Part shown: one piece after another, positions 1 through 11,909 of the stretch
Position numbering within the stretch: position 1 is the first letter of the stretch
Layout: each line of letters opens with the position of its first letter
Assembly: GCA_038206015.1 (NCBI GenBank)
Contig: JBBRBI010000026.1
Coordinates: 1-64,000, forward strand
DNA: 64,000 bases
DNA from: Bryobacterales bacterium
GTDB lineage: Bacteria; Acidobacteriota; Terriglobia; Bryobacterales; Bryobacteraceae
Direction: 5' to 3'
Program-made: the position numbers and the translations under genes
The notes under the pieces: model-generated
What the model saw: only the letters and a program-made list of their open reading frames with translations
Told to the model about the DNA's origin: nothing
The model's database searches: none

Positions 1-92
1 ATAGCAGCCTGGATTACCGGACACCGAGCGAGTTTGCGGCGCAGGTCTTGGCCTATGAAGCCAAGCAAGTTCACGATTTGACTGCCACGTAA
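1..92 (+). CDS. C-terminal end of an IS3-family transposase (OrfB integrase core), truncated by the window edge
   Basis: Frame from nt 3 reads SSLDYRTPSEFAAQVLAYEAKQVHDLTAT*, matching the IS3 OrfB C-terminal HSSLGYxTPxEF motif; too short for the ORF track. Confidence 0.8.
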   Translation, partial: SSLDYRTPSEFAAQVLAYEAKQVHDLTAT

Positions 93-141
93 AAATGGCA
101 GCTTACTATTTACCGCTGGTACAGAAAATGGTCGCAGGTCA
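1..141 (+). mobile_element. Right end of an IS3-family insertion sequence (terminal inverted repeat about 116-141)
   Basis: Transposase stop is followed by CTGGTACAGAAAATGGTCGCAGGTCA, ending in CA as IS3-family ends do; the left end is outside the window. Confidence 0.7.
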
Positions 142-181
142 TTAGTTTCTCACTTAGACGAAGAAAGAAATCTGAAATGAC

Positions 182-208
182 AAAAGCCCAAGCCGAAGCT
201 TGGGCTTT
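182..208 (-). terminator. Rho-independent terminator of the flp pilin gene
   Basis: Minus strand AAAGCCCAAGC-TTCG-GCTTGGGCTTTT: perfect stem, UUCG loop and U-tract, about 30 nt past the pilin stop. Confidence 0.8.
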
Positions 209-240
209 CGCCGACTGAATTTTGAAAATACTGGTAAAGA

Positions 241-441
241 CTAGGATCCGGCTGCGGCTGCAGTCGACATGGTCGTAGCAACCTTGCTGAAGATGGTGCT
301 GATGCTGGCGGCTACGCTGGGCATGATCGCGCCAGCGGCGACGGCTACGAAGCCGGCCATCAACGCGTATTCAATCAGGTCCTGACCCTTGGTGTCTTTG
401 ATGATGCGGAGGTTCCACACCAGATTCTTGAGTTTGTTCAT
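241..441 (-). CDS. flp: Flp/Fap family type IV pilin (Tad-type)
   Basis: 66 aa; prepilin cleavage motif G|QDLIEY followed by a hydrophobic helix; SD GGAGAGG upstream. Confidence 0.9.
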   Translation of the reverse strand: MNKLKNLVWNLRIIKDTKGQDLIEYALMAGFVAVAAGAIMPSVAASISTIFSKVATTMSTAAAAGS

Positions 442-545
442 TTTTTTGTATCCTCTCCAATTGCGTAATGCATTGCTGCTCTACACTGACGAGAGTAACG
501 TTACTTGAGTCCTGCACCAATCCGGGGAACACCCTAGATGAATAA

Positions 546-1427
546 CTAAGATCGTCTTAGAATTTCACTAAGGCCGGCGTTCAGCGAACCTTGCCGATAG
601 CCTTCTAGATCGAGCGTAACGTAATGAAAACCAAGGGACTTAAAGATTTTCGTAAGGGCTGCGGCGCAGTCCACATTCAGAGCTTGCGGCAATTCTTCGG
701 GAGAAATCTCGACCCGTACTAACTTCTCATGGTACCGGACGCGAAACTGACGGAACCCTAGAGCCTTTACCGCTTCTTCCCCCTGCTCGATAAGCTTGAT
801 GCGCTCTGGAGTGACCTCAGTCCCATACGGGATGCGAGAACTCAGGCAAGCGGCAGCGGGGCGATCCCACGTTTCCAGGCCACCTTGTTTGGACAATTCC
901 CGGATCTCTGCCTTGCTCAGTCCTGCATCGACAAGCGGCGACTTCACATGATGCAGTTTAGCCGCACTTTGCCCTGGGCGGTAGTCTCCAAGGTCGTCTG
1001 TGTTTACGCCATAGACAATGTGCTCAAAGCCGCGTTCGGCCGCGATCTGATCCATGACTCGAAACAGCTCGTCCTTGCAGTGAAAGCAGCGGTCGGGGTT
1101 ATTGGCGACGTATTCGGGGTTTTCGAACTCGCTGGTTGGGATCATCTCGTGACGGATACCGTGGGTTCTAGCAAAATCGATGGCATCGCGCTTGTGCGAC
1201 TCAGGAATTGAGGGCGAGTCTGCTGTGATCGCGACGGCTTCATCACCCAGGGCTAGCTTTGCTGCCCACGCCAGGTATGCGGAATCGGTTCCGCCGGAAT
1301 ACGCAATGAGAACGCGCTTCATGCCGCGCAGGATCTCAACGAGTTGCTCCTGCTTGGGGGCAAGCAGGAGCGGGTCGAGTTTCGCTTTACTCTCTGGGGT
1401 GCCAGCGATGGCGACAAGACTTGCCAT
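546..1427 (-). CDS. larE: ATP-dependent sacrificial sulfur transferase LarE family (PP-loop)
   Basis: SGGTDS PP-loop, NPDRCFHCK, DDLGDYRPG, ACLSSRIPYG, DLEGYRQGSLN. Confidence 0.9.
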   Translation of the reverse strand: MASLVAIAGTPESKAKLDPLLLAPKQEQLVEILRGMKRVLIAYSGGTDSAYLAWAAKLALGDEAVAITADSPSIPESHKRDAIDFARTHGIRHEMIPTSEFENPEYVANNPDRCFHCKDELFRVMDQIAAERGFEHIVYGVNTDDLGDYRPGQSAAKLHHVKSPLVDAGLSKAEIRELSKQGGLETWDRPAAACLSSRIPYGTEVTPERIKLIEQGEEAVKALGFRQFRVRYHEKLVRVEISPEELPQALNVDCAAALTKIFKSLGFHYVTLDLEGYRQGSLNAGLSEILRRS

Positions 1428-1466
1428 GCATCCATTATATGAACGGGGGCTATGCTGGTTTCAGCG

Positions 1467-2477
1467 ATGAATCTTGAATCTTTGGGATGGCGTGAATATT
1501 TTGCTGAACAGCTGGACGATCCGGGCCTGATTCCAGGACGGGTGGTCGTCACTCATCGCGAAGGCTACATCGTCACAACCGAGGCTGGAAATGTTACGTC
1601 TCCGCTCTCCGGCAACTTTCGCCGGGACTCGGAACTGTGGCCGACAACGGGCGACTGGGTCTTGCTGGGGAGTGGAGGGGCGATCGAGCGCGTGCTCCAG
1701 CGGCAAACGCTGATCAGCCGCAAAACTCCGGGACGGGCCTTTGATGAGCAAGTCCTGGCTGCAAACGTAGATGTGCTGTTTGTCGTTGCCGGTTTAGATC
1801 TCGATTTCAATCCGCGTCGGCTCGAACGATATCTCGTGCTGGCCCAAAAGGGGGGTGTTCGACCGGTGCTGGTTCTGAACAAAGCCGATTTGCATAGCGA
1901 CCTAGCCTCCGCTGAGCAAGCGGTTCGATCAGTGTCCGGGGGGTGCCCCATTCTTGCGATGAGCGCCAGCGAGGGTTGGGGTGTCGAGGCGCTGTTGGGA
2001 CAGGTCGCCAGGAATGAGACTGCTGCGCTGGCTGGATCCTCCGGAGTTGGCAAGTCGACTATCATCAATCGACTGTTGGGACAAGAGCGCCAGGCGACGC
2101 AGGCGGTGCAGGAAGATAGCAGCCGGGGTCGACATACGACTACGACCCGCGAACTGATTGCGATGCCACAGGGGTGGCTGCTAATGGACCTGCCAGGCAT
2201 TCGCGAGCTGCAGATGTTGGCGGGGGAAGAAGTCGTCAAGGATACTTTTGAAGATGTAGCGGCTGCAGCCGAGAATTGCCGCTTTCGGGATTGCAGCCAT
2301 ACCGGAGAGCCTGGGTGCGCCGTTGCTGGATTGATTCCAGCCGAGCGGGCTGAAGCGTTTCATAAATTGCGGAGTGAAGCCGCAGCGGTGGTTCGGCAGA
2401 CCGCAGTCAATGCCGACCTTGCCGAGAAGAAGCGATCCACTGCCTTCCACAAAAAGAAGCACGGCACACAGCGATAG
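1467..2477 (+). CDS. rsgA: Ribosome small subunit-dependent GTPase A, copy 1
   Basis: Circularly permuted GTPase: NKAD, GSSGVGKS, GRHTTT, DLPG, Zn knuckle CRFRDCSHxxEPGC; start set to match copy 2. Confidence 0.92.
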   Translation: MNLESLGWREYFAEQLDDPGLIPGRVVVTHREGYIVTTEAGNVTSPLSGNFRRDSELWPTTGDWVLLGSGGAIERVLQRQTLISRKTPGRAFDEQVLAANVDVLFVVAGLDLDFNPRRLERYLVLAQKGGVRPVLVLNKADLHSDLASAEQAVRSVSGGCPILAMSASEGWGVEALLGQVARNETAALAGSSGVGKSTIINRLLGQERQATQAVQEDSSRGRHTTTTRELIAMPQGWLLMDLPGIRELQMLAGEEVVKDTFEDVAAAAENCRFRDCSHTGEPGCAVAGLIPAERAEAFHKLRSEAAAVVRQTAVNADLAEKKRSTAFHKKKHGTQR

Positions 2478-2623
2478 CTCCGGTTGTGTTAGATTCTTGA
2501 TTTGGTACTGCATACGTCCGTCCTTGCCCAATAATTGACGCTCCCCGCGTCTCTAAGGTAGTTTCCCCGACACGCCTCAGGACCCCCGCGTGAGGATATT
2601 TCGCGCGCAAAAGGCACATACCA

Positions 2624-3646
2624 ATGAATCTCGAATCTCTGGGATGGCGCGAACATTTCGCCCATCAATTTGATGACCCATGTCTTACTCCCGCACGCGT
2701 TGTTCTCTCCCACCGTGACCGCTTCGTCGTCTGGACGGCAGCTGGTCAGGCGACGGCTACACCGTCAGGCAAACTGCGACGGGAATCCGGTCTCTGGCCC
2801 ACAACCGGCGATTGGGTCCTGCTCCGCGAAGGCGCCTCGATTGAGCAGGTGCTTGATCGGCAGACCACAATCAGTCGCCGCAATCCCGGCGGTGCTTTTG
2901 ATGAGCAGGTGCTGGGAGCAAATGTCGACGTCTTGTTCGTTGTTGCTGGTCTCGATCACAATTTCAATCTGCGGCGACTTGAGCGTTACCTGATACTGGC
3001 TCAGGAGGGTGGCATTCGCCCCGTGATGGTCTTGAACAAGGCCGATCTACACTCCGATCCTTCTGCCGCCGTGCGCGCCGTTCGAGGGATTGTGGGCGGC
3101 TGCCCGATTCTAACGATGAGTGCAATGGAAGGCTGGGGCGTCGACGCGCTCCACGACCATGTTTCTGAGAATGAGACCGCCGCTTTGGCTGGCTCCTCAG
3201 GTACAGGGAAGTCGACGATTCTGAATTGCCTGTTCCGGCAGAACCGTCAGGCTACACAAGCTGTCCGAGAGGAGGACAGCAAGGGCCGCCACACGACGAC
3301 TTCGCGTGAACTCATTTCGATGCCACAGGGGTGGCTTTTAATGGACCTGCCGGGAATCCGCGGGTTGCAGCTTCTGGCAGACGAGGAGGCTGTCAAAAAT
3401 GCCTTCGAGGACATAGCGGCAGCTTCAGCGAATTGCCGTTTTCGGGATTGTCGGCACGAGGGTGAACCTGGCTGTGCTGTAGCTCTCGTCGTCCCAGAAG
3501 AACGTATGGCCGCATACCAAAAGCTTCGACGCGAAGCCGCTTATATCGAGCGCCATACCGATGCCACTGCGGCACAGGCTGAGAAAAAGCGTTGGAAGGC
3601 CGTTCAAAAGACGATGAATCAGGCCGCGCGTAAGCCTCAGCGGTAG
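2624..3646 (+). CDS. rsgA: Ribosome small subunit-dependent GTPase A, copy 2
   Basis: NKAD, GSSGTGKS, GRHTTT, DLPG, CRFRDCRHxxEPGC; collinear paralog of copy 1. Confidence 0.92.
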   Translation: MNLESLGWREHFAHQFDDPCLTPARVVLSHRDRFVVWTAAGQATATPSGKLRRESGLWPTTGDWVLLREGASIEQVLDRQTTISRRNPGGAFDEQVLGANVDVLFVVAGLDHNFNLRRLERYLILAQEGGIRPVMVLNKADLHSDPSAAVRAVRGIVGGCPILTMSAMEGWGVDALHDHVSENETAALAGSSGTGKSTILNCLFRQNRQATQAVREEDSKGRHTTTSRELISMPQGWLLMDLPGIRGLQLLADEEAVKNAFEDIAAASANCRFRDCRHEGEPGCAVALVVPEERMAAYQKLRREAAYIERHTDATAAQAEKKRWKAVQKTMNQAARKPQR

Positions 3647-4710
3647 TTGCCGGTGTGACCGAGCGAGTAACGGCCTGGCTGCGGGAAAATACAAAGCCCG
3701 TGCGGGCCGTTGCCCACTGGGATGCGCTCAACCAGCTTGCCGCTTGAGGTATCGAAGCCGTAGATCTCGTGGTGGTATCGACCAGAGACCCAGAACATCT
3801 TTCCATCCGCTGACACGCCGCCCATGTCGGGCGATCCGCCGCCAGGAATCTTCCAGCGGTCCACAAGCTTACGCGTTGCGAAATCCATGATTGAGATCGT
3901 GCCTTCGCCTCTATTCGTAATGTAAAGCTGCTTGGCATCACGGCTCGGATAGAGCCCGTGGCAACCCTTGCCGGTGGGCATAAAGTCTGTCTGTTTGAAG
4001 GTGTCGCCATCGATCACATGCATGCCGTGCTGCATCATGTCGGCAACATAAAAAGTCCGACCGTCGGGTGCCACGCGCGTATCCTGCGGCATTCCCCCAC
4101 CGGGCAAATTCAAAGCACCGATCAGCTCGTACTTCACCATGTCAATCTTGACCAACTGGCCCGAGAATTCGCACGAAGCAATCAAGTAACGGCCGTCGCC
4201 AGAATAGTCTGCGTGATTCACGCCTTTGCAGGGAACCTTGATGCTCTTGACCAGCGCGAGAGTCTTGGGGTCGCGCAGATCGATACGGCGCATCCGCTCG
4301 GCCATTACAACCATGTACTTGCCATCAGGCGTGTAGTACATGTTGTAGGGGTCATCCACCTTGTGGATCTTGAGTAGCTTGCCGGTCATCGGATCGATTT
4401 CGGCGAGTGTATTATTCAGATCGTTCGTAGCGAAGATCCGCTGCATATCCCAGGACGGAACGACGTGCTGCGGCTCGACGTTTTTGCCAGTCCCGACGCT
4501 GAATTTCTCAATGATCTTTTTCTTCGCAGGGTCATACACCCACACTGTGTTGTCGCGGGTATGCGGGATGTAGATCAGAGAAGGGAAGCGTTTGACGCTC
4601 TCTTTGAAATTCCCAATCCCGGTCTCTGAGTAGATGTTCTTCGGGTCAACCACCGGGGGCATTTGCGCAAAAGCCGCAATCGCCCCCAATGCTAAGAGTC
4701 GGTAAAACAT
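3637..4710 (-). CDS. Exported YVTN/YncE-family beta-propeller protein
   Basis: Signal peptide; repeated PDGK/PDGR-x-YV blades and IPVGNGPHG. Confidence 0.8.
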   Translation of the reverse strand: MFYRLLALGAIAAFAQMPPVVDPKNIYSETGIGNFKESVKRFPSLIYIPHTRDNTVWVYDPAKKKIIEKFSVGTGKNVEPQHVVPSWDMQRIFATNDLNNTLAEIDPMTGKLLKIHKVDDPYNMYYTPDGKYMVVMAERMRRIDLRDPKTLALVKSIKVPCKGVNHADYSGDGRYLIASCEFSGQLVKIDMVKYELIGALNLPGGGMPQDTRVAPDGRTFYVADMMQHGMHVIDGDTFKQTDFMPTGKGCHGLYPSRDAKQLYITNRGEGTISIMDFATRKLVDRWKIPGGGSPDMGGVSADGKMFWVSGRYHHEIYGFDTSSGKLVERIPVGNGPHGLCIFPQPGRYSLGHTGNYR

Positions 4711-4714
4711 GAGG

Positions 4715-7261
4715 CTAATCCTTTAGCAGGTTACCCTGCGCTGAATCGACAACCGGTTCTTCGGTCTCCGGAATCGCGCCGGCGCTGGCCACCTTGTCGC
4801 CATCGGTGAGGTCAACCAACTTGACGCCCTGGGCGCTGCGTCCGCTCTGGCGGATCTTGGTCGATTCGATGCGTATAATCTGGCCTTCCTTGGTGATGAT
4901 CATCACGTCGGAATCTTCGCCAATCGGAATGGTTGAAACGACTTTGCCCGTCTTGCTGGTGACCTTCATATTGATCACACCCTTGACGGCGCGACCGGAG
5001 TGACGGTAGTCAGTGAGCTTGGTGCGCTTGCCGAAACCGTTCTCAGAAATCGCCAGCATCAGCGCGCTGTCATCTACCACTTCGGCGGAGATCAGGAAGT
5101 CTGTCCGCTCCAGCTTCATGGCGGTGACGCCGCGAGCCTGACGGCCCATCGAGCGCACTTCATCCTCAGCAAAGCGGGCAGCCATGCCTTCACGCGAAGC
5201 GAGGAAGATCTGATTCTGGCCATTGGAAATCTTGGCCGAAATCAACTCGTCGTTCTCGTCCAGCGTGCAGGCGATGATGCCGCGTGCCATCGGGTTGTCG
5301 AAATCGGTGAGTTCCGTGCGCTTGATGACGCCGTATTTGGTCACCATCACGATGAAGCGATCTGCAGTGAACTCCTTGACGGGAAGGAAAGCCTTGACCT
5401 CTTCATCTGGCTGCAAATTGATCAGCCCGTTGATGTTCTTACCCTTGCCAACAGTTGTGGCGTCGGGGATGTTATACACTTTGAGCCAATAAACGCGGCC
5501 TTTTGAGGTGAAGATCAGCAGGTAGTCGTGAGTGGAGGCAATGATCAGATGTTCTACGACATCCTCGGCGCGCGTGCCCATGCCGATGCGCCCCTTGCCG
5601 CCGCGAGTCTGCCTGCGATAGGTGTCAACCGTGGTGCGCTTGAGGTAACCGCCGCGAGTCACGGTGACTGCAACGTCCTCAACCTGCACCAGGTCTTCGA
5701 TGTTGATTTCGCCGGTGTCCTCAACGATCTCGGTGCGGCGGGCATCGCCGAAGTCTTTGAGGACAGCCTCAAACTCCGTCACGATGACTTCGCGCAACGC
5801 CTTCTCGCTGCCCAGGATTTCCAGATACTCGCCAATGCGGCGCTGGATATCGTTGAGCTCGTCAATGATCTTCTGCTGCTCCATGCCTGTCAGGCGCTGG
5901 AGTTGCAGTTCGATGATGGCCTGAGCCTGGCGGTCGCTGAACTCAAATTCGGTGATCAGTCCATCGCGCGCCTCGCGCGGGCTCTTGGCTGCGCGAATCA
6001 GTTCGATGATGCGATCCAGGTTGTCGAGGGCCTTCTTGAAGCCCAGCAAGATATGTTCCCGGTCGCGAGCCTTACGCAGCAAGAAGTCTGTACGCCTGCG
6101 GACGACTTCGGCGCGGTGCTCGATGAACAGTTTGAGAATTTCCAGCAGGCCAAGCTCACGCGGCTGGCCATTGACGATGGCGAGCATGATCGCGCCAAAG
6201 TTGGTCTGCATCTGCGTCAGCTTGTAGAGCTGGTTCAGGATGACTTCAGGGTGCTCATTGCGCTTGAGCTCAAGCACAATGCGCATGCCATCGCGGTCGC
6301 TTTCGTCGCGAACATCCGAGATGCCGTCGATCTTTTTCTCGTTCACCAGGGCGGCGATATCGGTAATCAGCTTCGCCTTGTTCACCTGGAACGGGATCTC
6401 GGTGATGATGATGCTCTCGCGGTCTTTGCCGAGTTTCTCGGTAAAGGCTTTGGCACGCATCTTGATCGAACCACGCCCACGGGTGTAGCAATCGTAGATG
6501 CCGGCGCGGCCGAGAATCAAAGCGCCAGTCGGGAAGTCCGGTCCGGTGATGATCGCCAGCATTTCTGGCAGCGTGATCTTGGGGTTGGCGATCATGGCAA
6601 TCAAGCCATTCATGACCTCGGTGAGGTTATGAGGCGGAATGTTGGTAGCCATGCCGACGGCGATGCCAGACGAACCATTGAGCAGAAGGTTGGGTACGAC
6701 CGTGGGGAGGAACTCCGGTTCCATTTCGGAGTCGTCGAAGTTGGGTCGGAAATCGACAGTTTCTTTGTCGATATCGTCCATCATGCTGCAGGCAATCTTG
6801 GCTAGCCGAGCTTCGGTATAACGCATCGCCGCTGGTGGATCGCCATCGACGGAGCCGAAGTTGCCCTGACCGTAGATCAACGGATAGCGCAGTGAAAATG
6901 GCTGCGCCATGCGTACGAGCGAATCGTAGACAGAGCCTTCGCCATGGGGATGATACTTACCGAGAACGTCGCCGCAAACACGAGCGCACTTGCGGGTGGG
7001 CCGATTGTATTGCAGGCCCATCTCGTGCATCGCGAACAGGATGCGGCGATGGACCGGCTTCAATCCGTCTCGAATATCGGGCAGCGCGCGACCAATGATC
7101 ACGCTCATCGCATAGTCGAGATAGGAGCGCCGCATCTCGTCTTCGATATTGATCGGGATGTGGTTTTTTGGGTTTTCGCCTAAAGGCATCTGCGCGGCTG
7201 GATCATTGCCGCCCGGGGGTTTGCCGCCCGGAGTCTGTGGATCTTCCGTATCGTTTGCCAA
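4715..7261 (-). CDS. gyrA: DNA gyrase subunit A
   Basis: [31 protein letters not shown] with the catalytic Tyr, GyrA box QTRGGKG. Confidence 0.98.
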   Translation of the reverse strand: MANDTEDPQTPGGKPPGGNDPAAQMPLGENPKNHIPINIEDEMRRSYLDYAMSVIIGRALPDIRDGLKPVHRRILFAMHEMGLQYNRPTRKCARVCGDVLGKYHPHGEGSVYDSLVRMAQPFSLRYPLIYGQGNFGSVDGDPPAAMRYTEARLAKIACSMMDDIDKETVDFRPNFDDSEMEPEFLPTVVPNLLLNGSSGIAVGMATNIPPHNLTEVMNGLIAMIANPKITLPEMLAIITGPDFPTGALILGRAGIYDCYTRGRGSIKMRAKAFTEKLGKDRESIIITEIPFQVNKAKLITDIAALVNEKKIDGISDVRDESDRDGMRIVLELKRNEHPEVILNQLYKLTQMQTNFGAIMLAIVNGQPRELGLLEILKLFIEHRAEVVRRRTDFLLRKARDREHILLGFKKALDNLDRIIELIRAAKSPREARDGLITEFEFSDRQAQAIIELQLQRLTGMEQQKIIDELNDIQRRIGEYLEILGSEKALREVIVTEFEAVLKDFGDARRTEIVEDTGEINIEDLVQVEDVAVTVTRGGYLKRTTVDTYRRQTRGGKGRIGMGTRAEDVVEHLIIASTHDYLLIFTSKGRVYWLKVYNIPDATTVGKGKNINGLINLQPDEEVKAFLPVKEFTADRFIVMVTKYGVIKRTELTDFDNPMARGIIACTLDENDELISAKISNGQNQIFLASREGMAARFAEDEVRSMGRQARGVTAMKLERTDFLISAEVVDDSALMLAISENGFGKRTKLTDYRHSGRAVKGVINMKVTSKTGKVVSTIPIGEDSDVMIITKEGQIIRIESTKIRQSGRSAQGVKLVDLTDGDKVASAGAIPETEEPVVDSAQGNLLKD

Positions 7262-7300
7262 ACCACTATTTTAGCATTTTGGCCAATAGATATCAGTGCT

Positions 7301-8146
7301 TTAGCGCCACTGATTTAGGATGCCATCCGCCACGGCAATCACTGGCTTGATCGCCTCCAGGTCGTGGACACGGACGATGTACACTCCGGCCAGAATCGCT
7401 GCTGTCACCCCGGCTGCGCCTGCAAATTCCATTTCTCTGTCGTTTGCTGCGGTTACAAGCAATTTCTTGGTCGGGCCAATCATTACCGGTACGCCAATGC
7501 TGTTCAAAACGCCCAATCGCCCAAGGATTTCGTAGTTTTGCTCTTTACGCTTGCCAAAACTGAGACCTGGGTCGATCACCAGACGGAACTTCTCGATGCC
7601 TGCTCGCAATGCCCGATGGACGGCTGCGTCCATATCTTTGGCGATTACGCCGATCACATCTTTTACCGGAGCCAGCTTGACCCAGGTGTTCGGCCGACCG
7701 CGCATATGATTCAGGATCAGGCCCGCGTCGTACTTCATGATCGTCTTGGCCAGAATGGGCTCCCAGGTCAATCCGCTGGGGTCGTTAATAATCTCGGCAC
7801 CCATTTTCAGCACTTCTTCGGCCACCGCGGCCTTGTAGGTGCTGACGCAAATCGGGATATTGAGCTTGTTTTTGAGTCGCTTCAGGACGGGTAGAAGGCG
7901 CTTCAGCTCTTCCTCCGCCGGCAGCGTCGGGTCTCCAGGACGGGTTGGTTCCGCGCCTAGATCGATGACGTCCGCACCCTGTTCATCGAGTTCGATGGCC
8001 CGGGCCAATGCCCGTTCGGGGTCGAGGATTTTCTGTCCGTCATCTGAAGGCGATAAGGCGATCGGCGCAATGATGAAGGTGCGCTGCCCCAGGCGCAAGG
8101 TGCGCGATTTCAACTTCCAGTCAATCGTTCTTCGAATAATCGCCAT
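7301..8146 (-). CDS. folP: Dihydropteroate synthase-like protein with degenerate motifs
   Basis: GAEPTRPG, IINDPSG, HMRG, DPGLSFGK and VRVHD are retained; the N-terminal GILNxTPDSF loop and SRK motif are altered. Confidence 0.8.
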   Translation of the reverse strand: MAIIRRTIDWKLKSRTLRLGQRTFIIAPIALSPSDDGQKILDPERALARAIELDEQGADVIDLGAEPTRPGDPTLPAEEELKRLLPVLKRLKNKLNIPICVSTYKAAVAEEVLKMGAEIINDPSGLTWEPILAKTIMKYDAGLILNHMRGRPNTWVKLAPVKDVIGVIAKDMDAAVHRALRAGIEKFRLVIDPGLSFGKRKEQNYEILGRLGVLNSIGVPVMIGPTKKLLVTAANDREMEFAGAAGVTAAILAGVYIVRVHDLEAIKPVIAVADGILNQWR

Positions 8147-8154
8147 TGTTTTCC

Positions 8155-10487
<2,333 letters not shown>

Positions 10488-10524
10488 ACGAGATAGTCTA
10501 TAGGTTTAGGGAGATTACCAGAAA

Positions 10525-10935
10525 ATGAAGATCTCGGTGAAGGCCGAGTATGCACTCCAAGCAGTATTTGACCTGGCTACGCAGCCGGGTGGCGAGCCCA
10601 TTCGCATTGCGGACATCGCAAAACGGCGAAAGATTCCCCAGAAATTCCTGGAGCTGATTTTGTCTAACTTGAAGCAGGGTGGATTTGTCGAGTCGCGTCG
10701 TGGTGCCGATGGTGGCTATCTTTTGGCTCGCAATCCCGCTCAAATCATGGTCGGCGAAATCATCCGGCACGTGGATGGTCCCGATGACCGACGCGCCATG
10801 ACGGATGGATTCGAAGAGATGTGGAGACGCGTGGACGAAGCAGTCAAGAATACTTTGGGCAGCACAAGCTTTCAGCAGTTGGCCGAAGACTGGCAAGCCA
10901 AACAAAGCCAGTACATCGCAAATTGGGAGATCTAG
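10525..10935 (+). CDS. Rrf2 family transcriptional regulator (CymR-like, no Fe-S cysteines)
   Basis: IPQKFLELIL, VESRRGADGGYLLA; no Cys residues; directly upstream of cysK. Confidence 0.9.
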   Translation: MKISVKAEYALQAVFDLATQPGGEPIRIADIAKRRKIPQKFLELILSNLKQGGFVESRRGADGGYLLARNPAQIMVGEIIRHVDGPDDRRAMTDGFEEMWRRVDEAVKNTLGSTSFQQLAEDWQAKQSQYIANWEI

Positions 10936-10938
10936 ATC

Positions 10939-11895
10939 ATGCAAATCTTTGCTGATAATTCACTTTCGATCGGACGCACGCCGCTGATTCGCTTGAATCG
11001 CGTAACAGCCGGGGCTGGCGCAACGGTGCTCGCCAAGATCGAAGGTCGCAATCCCGCCTACAGCGTCAAATGCCGCATCGGTGCATCGATGATCTGGGAT
11101 GCTGAGGCGAAGGGCTTACTCGGGGTTGGTAAAGAATTGGTTGAGCCCACCAGCGGCAACACTGGAATTGCACTCGCCTTTGTTGCAGCGGCCCGGGGCA
11201 TTCCAATCACCTTGACGATGCCCGAGACCATGTCCCTGGAACGGCGAAAAGTGTTGAAGGCCTTTGGAGCAAAGTTGATTCTGACCGCGGGGCCGAGTGG
11301 GATGCGTGGCGCGATTGAAGAAGCTGAGAGGATCAAGGCCAGCGATCCGAATCGATACGTACTGCTGCAACAGTTCCAGAATCCGGCGAATCCGGCCATT
11401 CACTTTAAGACAACGGGTCCCGAGATTTGGGAAGACACCGATGGCGGGATGGATATTCTCGTTTCTGGCGTTGGCACTGGCGGCACGATCACGGGCATAA
11501 GTCGCTACTTCAAGCTGGAGCGCAAGAAAAAAATACTGAGTGTTGCCGTCGAGCCGGTGCATAGCCCGGTTATTTCGCAAACCCTTAATCATGAGCCAAT
11601 CAAGCCCGGGCCACACAAGATTCAGGGCATCGGTGCGGGCTTCATTCCCGGCACTCTCGACCTGACGATGGTAGACCGCGTCGAGCAAGTCACCAACGAG
11701 GAGTCTGTCGAGATGGCGCGGCGATTGGCCAAAGAAGAAGGCATCCTCTGTGGCATTTCGTGTGGCGCGGCAGCCGCAGCCGCCGTGCGATTGGCTAATG
11801 AGCCGGAGCACGCGGGCAAAACGATAGTTGTAGTTCTTCCCGATGCGGGCGAGCGCTATCTGACCAGCGTGTTGTTCGAAGGCTTGGTCGACTAA
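10939..11895 (+). CDS. cysK: Cysteine synthase A
   Basis: [10 protein letters not shown] (PLP Lys), [31 protein letters not shown]. Confidence 0.96.
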   Translation: MQIFADNSLSIGRTPLIRLNRVTAGAGATVLAKIEGRNPAYSVKCRIGASMIWDAEAKGLLGVGKELVEPTSGNTGIALAFVAAARGIPITLTMPETMSLERRKVLKAFGAKLILTAGPSGMRGAIEEAERIKASDPNRYVLLQQFQNPANPAIHFKTTGPEIWEDTDGGMDILVSGVGTGGTITGISRYFKLERKKKILSVAVEPVHSPVISQTLNHEPIKPGPHKIQGIGAGFIPGTLDLTMVDRVEQVTNEESVEMARRLAKEEGILCGISCGAAAAAAVRLANEPEHAGKTIVVVLPDAGERYLTSVLFEGLVD

Positions 11896-11909
11896 ACTCG
11901 CCCGTTTTT

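Noticed and set aside
546-1427. larE as evidence of a nickel-pincer cofactor cluster here
   Set aside because: No larA, larB or larC in the window; unlinked larE is common
5528-6805. 425-aa plus-strand ORF and the many other long antisense ORFs (e.g. 50575..51474, 21134..21940, 20081..20869)
   Set aside because: They lie opposite well-supported genes and have no recognisable motifs; typical shadow ORFs of GC-rich DNA
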